64,000 nt of DNA from Eledone cirrhosa. Lineage: Eukaryota. Below, piece after piece: positions 58,197 through 64,000 of the stretch. The position numbers and the translations under genes were made by a program. Every line of letters begins with the position of its first letter. Within the stretch, counting starts at the first letter, position 1. The stretch spans positions 1 to 64,000 of the forward strand of contig CAXHJY010001543.1 of the NCBI GenBank assembly GCA_964016885.1. The letters run 5' to 3'. The notes under the pieces were generated by a model that made no database searches, was not told where the DNA came from, and worked only from the letters and a program-made list of their open reading frames with translations.

Positions 58197-58620
58197 ATTA
58201 AAAAGGAAAAGAAAATGCTGGCAAATTTTTCCCAGTGAAAAATAGTTTAATTACGAATAAGTATAAATTAGTAATAAGTATTAGTTAGTATTCAGTTTTA
58301 GTTTTAAGGTTTTACCGGTTGCGCATTTCTTATGCTTTTCAAAAATAATTTTGTGATAGAATGCTCGTGATTTTTGCTCTAATCTGATTAGAGAAAAAAT
58401 CACGAGCACTCTATCTCAAAATTATTTTTGAAAAGCATAAGAAATGCGCAACCAGTAAAACCTTAAAACTAAAACTGGATACTAACTAATACTTATTACT
58501 AATTTATACTAATTAATTCCTAATTAAACTATTTTTCACTGGGAAAAATTTGTCAGCATGTTCTTTTCCTTTTTATTAATATATCACAATTCGTGTGTCA
58601 CACCTCTATATTTTTTTTAA
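58197..58620. mobile_element. Palindromic element related to family U, HHR core mutated (GCAA)
   Basis: About 58197-58380 and 58388-58577 are inverted arms; UUGAAAA-GCAU AAGAA AUGC-GCAA-CC(G/A)G-UA. Confidence 0.8.
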
Positions 58621-58756
58621 TATATATATATACAATTGATATTAAATTTAAATATCTCTTATACATATACATATACCACCACCCCACTCTCAAGAGCGTG
58701 AAATTAATAAACATTCGTTGTACTGCCTCTCTGTTTTGTTCCTGTTAAAATTTTCC

Positions 58757-58821
<65 letters not shown>

Positions 58822-58890
58822 AAAAAGAGATGAAATCGAAAATGCAACTGAAGTCGTATTTTTTTTTTAAATATATATATTTATTTGGTT

Positions 58891-58928
58891 CCTTTACCGG
58901 TTTCGCAGTTCTTCTGCTTTTCAAAAGG
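58891..58928 (-). ncRNA. Minimal hammerhead, U3-A8 variant (family U copy at 58818-58948)
   Basis: CCUU-UUGAAAA-GCAG AAGAA CUGC-GAAA-CCGG-UA-AAGG. Confidence 0.75.
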
Positions 58929-58963
58929 TGAGTTGAGATGGAGGGTCTGTGGTTTTTCTCACA

Positions 58964-59021
<58 letters not shown>

Positions 59022-59994
59022 TATATATATCCATATACATGTATGTGTGTATTTATTGGATCTCCGTCAATTCTGTCAAGTGTTCCAGATGTTTGACAAA
59101 CGGGACTGCCTGCTCAAGGAATTTCTGTGTAAGTGACTGAGCATTCCACAGACACGTGCGACTGTAACGCAATTCTCAATGAAATTCAGCTCGACACAGA
59201 GTGGGACAAGGCTGTCCCTTTGAATTACAAGTACTGTTAAGTGTACTGGAGCAACATGAAATAAAATGTCTTGACACAACACGGCGCCGGGAATCGAACT
59301 CACGACCTTACGATTGTGAGCCGAATGCCCTAACTATTAAGCTTCTCTGTAATGAAGTTGTATATACTCAATGTCAGTATAATTGACGGGATGGTTAGGA
59401 CTGGAACGTCTTTGATCATTGGTCTGCTCTATCGCGGCTGACCTGGGGCTAAACAGTAACAACGACATCATAACTATATAAACATACCGCTTACTTTGTA
59501 TTTAATCACTTACGTTTATACAGTTTACTGATGTTGTTGTTGTTGTTGTTGTTTGCACTAAATGACCGCTTTAAAACTTGTAACCTCATGTTTTCCCCTC
59601 CGGTTACAGCTGTTATTGCTATCGACATCATCATTATTATCACCATCACCATCAACATCAAAACCTCCACCACCACCATCACCATCACCATCACCACTAC
59701 TAACAACAACAATATCACCACCACTAATACTGCCTCACCACCACCATCACAAGCAACAACACCATGCCCCTACCAACACTACCACCACCATTATCACTAT
59801 CACTACCAACCGCCATCACCACCATTGTCCATTAAAGTCCTATTATCTTTATTTAGGGGCCAATACTGTTGTTACCTTTGTTTTCATTTCATTTTCTCGC
59901 CTGTCGTTTCACCTTAAAGTCGGCGTTTGGGTTTCAATACCAAAGTAATCAGATTTGACCCCTTTTTATATTATTATTATTATCATTATTATCA

Positions 59995-60765
59995 TATAGA
60001 GTTACGACCCTTGCCATTCTGAGTTCAAATCCCACCGGAGTTAACTTTGCCTTTCATCCTTACGGGGTCGATAAAATAAAGTACCAGTAATGCACTGGGT
60101 AATTGCTGGCCTTGTGCGGGGTCGATAAAATAAAGTACCAGTAATGCACTGGGTAATTGCTGGCCTTGTGCTTAAAAGTAGAAACAATTATTATCAATAA
60201 AGTACCAGTAATGCAGTGGGATAATTGCTGGCCTTGTGCCAAAAGTAGAAACAATTATTATTATTATTATCATTAGAGTGGTGGAATGGCAGTTTCGGTG
60301 GAGCGCCGGACACCATGCTTAACAGCATAGAGTTACGGCCCTTTACGTTCTTAGTTCAAATCCCTCCGAGGTTAGTTTTGCCTTTTATCCTTACTTGGTC
60401 GATAAAATAAAGCACCAGTCACATACTGGGGTCGATTTAATCGACTCTCCCGTCCCCCAAAATTGCTGGCCTTGTGCCTATATAAGAAACCATTATTATC
60501 ATTAGGGTGGTGAATTGTCAGTATCGGTAGAGCGTTGGACACCATGCTTCGTGGCATAGAGTTACGTCCCTTTACGTTCTTGGTTCAAATCCCGCCGAGG
60601 TTAGCTTTTAGACGTCCTTTTTTTTTTTTTTTTTTTTATCCATCTCGAAAGGATGGAAATCAAAGTTGACCTCGGCGGGATTTGAACTCAGAGAGTAGAA
60701 ATCCGGAACGAATACCACAAAATACTCTATACGGCGTTCTAACGACTCTGAGAATTTGCTGCCTT
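59995..60765. mobile_element. SINE S1 cluster with internally reiterated 3' segments
   Basis: AAAGTACCAGTAATGCA.TGGG.AATTGCTGGCCTTGTG occurs three times in 60078-60240; further copies at 60279, 60506 (+) and 60640-60765 (-). Confidence 0.85.
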
Positions 60766-61878
60766 CAGGAAAGTTTGGAAATATGTAAATTGCTTAAATC
60801 ACAGCATTACAGCGTGTATGGGTAGGATCGAAACTGTAGTGTTAGCACTTGTAGAAAGTAGCCCAGCTATATTGTTCTTAACACCTGTGGTGCCTGCAAT
60901 TAGTACGAACTATTTGTCAGATTTCTAAAGCTGTAACATGGCCTCACTTCTCAGAATATAACAAAAATAGATAATTCTATAAAATTTACCATTTTCCTTT
61001 CTAATTATGAAAGTGAATTGATCACCTAAGACGATATAAGGCAATAGAAGAAAGATGAAAAAAGAAAAGGACTGAAAAGAAAGAAAGAAAGAAAGGAAGT
61101 AGGAAAGAAAGAAAGAAAGAAAAGAAGAAATATATAAAGAAAGAAGAATGAATAAATGAAAGAGCGGTTAGAGAGAAAAACTGTGGTATGCTACATACAC
61201 AGTCATCTCTATCATTTGATATTTGCGTTCAATAATGAACACATTTTTAGTATAAAAAGAAGAGAAAGAAAACGAGATATAAAAAGACGTATATTCTTTA
61301 ATAATAGAAGCGAAATCCTCCGAGGATTTTTTATATATTTTTTAACCATTACAAAAGAATCACTAGAATAGTTATCTTTTGTAAATGGTGCACACTTGCA
61401 CACGAAGTCCCCTTAGCTGTTAATTAAGAGAAAAGTGCTTTTCCTTGCTAGCCTTGAGTAATACAGATAAGTTTGTTTACGTGTAACAAAGACAGAGAAA
61501 AGGTAGTTCAATAAAAAGACATATCTTTTTCAATGATACCGGATTTCGACTGAAAATGATATGTAGTTTCCTAAATTTTCAATTGAGATCGCTTTATGCG
61601 ATCCACGATAACATTAAAAGAAGCTAGCGGTTGATTTACCACACAAAAGATTCAGATTCGGTGTGAAGCAAAGGAGAGATGCTAAGATGAGGAAAAAATG
61701 TATATAGACGTAAATAGATACATGCATACATACGTACGTACGTATGTATGTACATACATATATACATATATATACACACATACATACATATATACACACA
61801 TACGTACAGACAGACGTATGTGTGATTGTATGTATGCGTGTACGTGAGCGGGCGCGTATGTGCGTGTGTATATAAATA

Positions 61879-62017
<139 letters not shown>

Positions 62018-62043
62018 TTTACACACACACATGATTACATACA

Positions 62044-62166
<123 letters not shown>

Positions 62167-62306
62167 GCATATATAATGTGGTAGAGAAATCGAAACAAAC
62201 AAAAGAAGGGGTTTGAAAAAAAATGCACAACATATGAAATGGAATGTACAGAATAAAAGTGGATGAATCATATATACATACGTGTATGTATGCATATGAG
62301 TGTGTG

Positions 62307-62455
<149 letters not shown>

Positions 62456-62466
62456 ATATATATAAA

Positions 62467-62696
<230 letters not shown>

Positions 62697-62703
62697 CATA
62701 TAT

Positions 62704-62779
<76 letters not shown>

Positions 62780-62935
62780 GTATATAAACTAAATAAAATA
62801 AACTATGTCTTTCTTTGCGGAAACTTGAAGATTTTCGCATAAATTATGAAAATATATGCATCTATAAATATATATGCGTGTGTGCGCGCGCATGTGCATA
62901 GTATACTCGAAAATTATATATATTCTCGAAAATTG

Positions 62936-62998
<63 letters not shown>

Positions 62999-63011
62999 TT
63001 CTATACCTTAC

Positions 63012-63053
<42 letters not shown>

Positions 63054-63271
63054 GGAAATCAGTAAAATCGAATCTCTGGCGGTTTGCAAGTAAATTCGGC
63101 CTACTTATATGAAGTGATGAGTTAGCAAGGCACTCGATAAGGTAGGGCCTTAAAGTAATAACATACGTTTAAATAGCTTGACAAATCGAACATTGTGGTA
63201 GGCTAAACCAACACACAATATGTACCAAAGCAACGATAGAACTTATCAGGTTGAGAAAGGTATATATATAA

Positions 63272-63304
<33 letters not shown>

Positions 63305-63492
63305 ATTGTTTCTACTTTTGGCACAAGGCCAGCAGTTACCCAGTGCATTACTGGTACTTTATTTTATCGACCCCCGTAAGGATGAAAGGCAAAGTTAACC
63401 TCGACGGGATTTGAACTCAAACCGTAAAGGGACGTAACTATGCTGGAAAGCATGGCGTCCGACCCTCTACCGATACTGCCAATCCACCGCCC
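63305..63492 (-). mobile_element. Full-length SINE S1 in (TA)n
   Basis: Reverse complement of the S1 consensus. Confidence 0.9.
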
Positions 63493-63620
63493 TATATATA
63501 TATATATATAAGCAAGAAAGTAAGTGTTGGTAAAATCCAGTACTTCAGTATGCGGGTAGGGAGCACTCAACGAAGATATAAGTTCCGGAGTTATAATAGT
63601 GACGAAACATAAGTCAATTG

Positions 63621-64000
63621 CATGAACTCATAATCCTTTATTTACTGCTATATATATTTCGACGATAGCCATTGAATGGCTATGACCTCATCAGGCAGTT
63701 AGTCAGTTCTTAGATATGCCAGCTCTGTGTTTATAGTGTTCATGGTATCAGATACCATGAACTCATAAACCTTTATTTACTGCTATATATATTTCGACGA
63801 TAGCCATTGAATGGCTATGACCTCATCAGGCAGTTAGTCAGTTCTTAGATATGCCAGCTCTGTGTTTATAGTGTTCATGGTATCAGATACCATGAACTCA
63901 TAAACCTTTATTTACTGCTATATATATTTCGACGATAGCCATTGAATGGCTATGACCTCATCAGGCAGTTAGTCAGTTCTTAGATATGCCAGCTCTGTGT
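63621..64000 (-). repeat. 135-bp tandem array, one HHR per unit (runs off the window edge)
   Basis: CATGAACTCATAA at 63621, 63756 and 63891. Confidence 0.93.
63644..63699 (-). ncRNA. Minimal type I hammerhead ribozyme (copies at 63779-63834 and 63914-63969)
   Basis: ACUGC-CUGAUGA-GGUC AUAGCCAU UCA AUGGCUAU CGUC-GAAA-UAUAUA-UA-GCAGU. Confidence 0.85.

Noticed and set aside
63621-64000. CRISPR-like periodicity
   Set aside because: Units are identical along their whole length with no unique spacers, and the context is eukaryotic.

Overview
Repeat-saturated, essentially non-genic animal DNA. The (TA)n/(CA)n/(GA)n/trinucleotide microsatellite density and the tRNA-derived SINE families suggest a cephalopod (octopus-like) genome; this is inference. 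Almost all ORFs in the track are microsatellite artefacts. The only convincing protein-coding remnants are decayed non-LTR retrotransposons (RTE-type, CRE-like with RLE endonuclease, Tx1/L1-clade). There are also many SINE copies, a non-autonomous Helitron and hAT-like MITEs. The main signal is about ten families of short, ORF-less elements lying mostly inside (TA)n tracts, with tandem or partial-tandem plus inverted architecture (Penelope-like / retrozyme-like). Each carries a hammerhead ribozyme (HHR) motif that I folded by hand. Two related but diverged elements (23734-24640 and 52931-53496) carry a hammerhead whose three core strands occur in the non-circularly permuted order substrate-GAAA-CUGAUGA. 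It is held by extra scaffold helices with compensatory base changes between the two elements. No activity can be shown from sequence alone.
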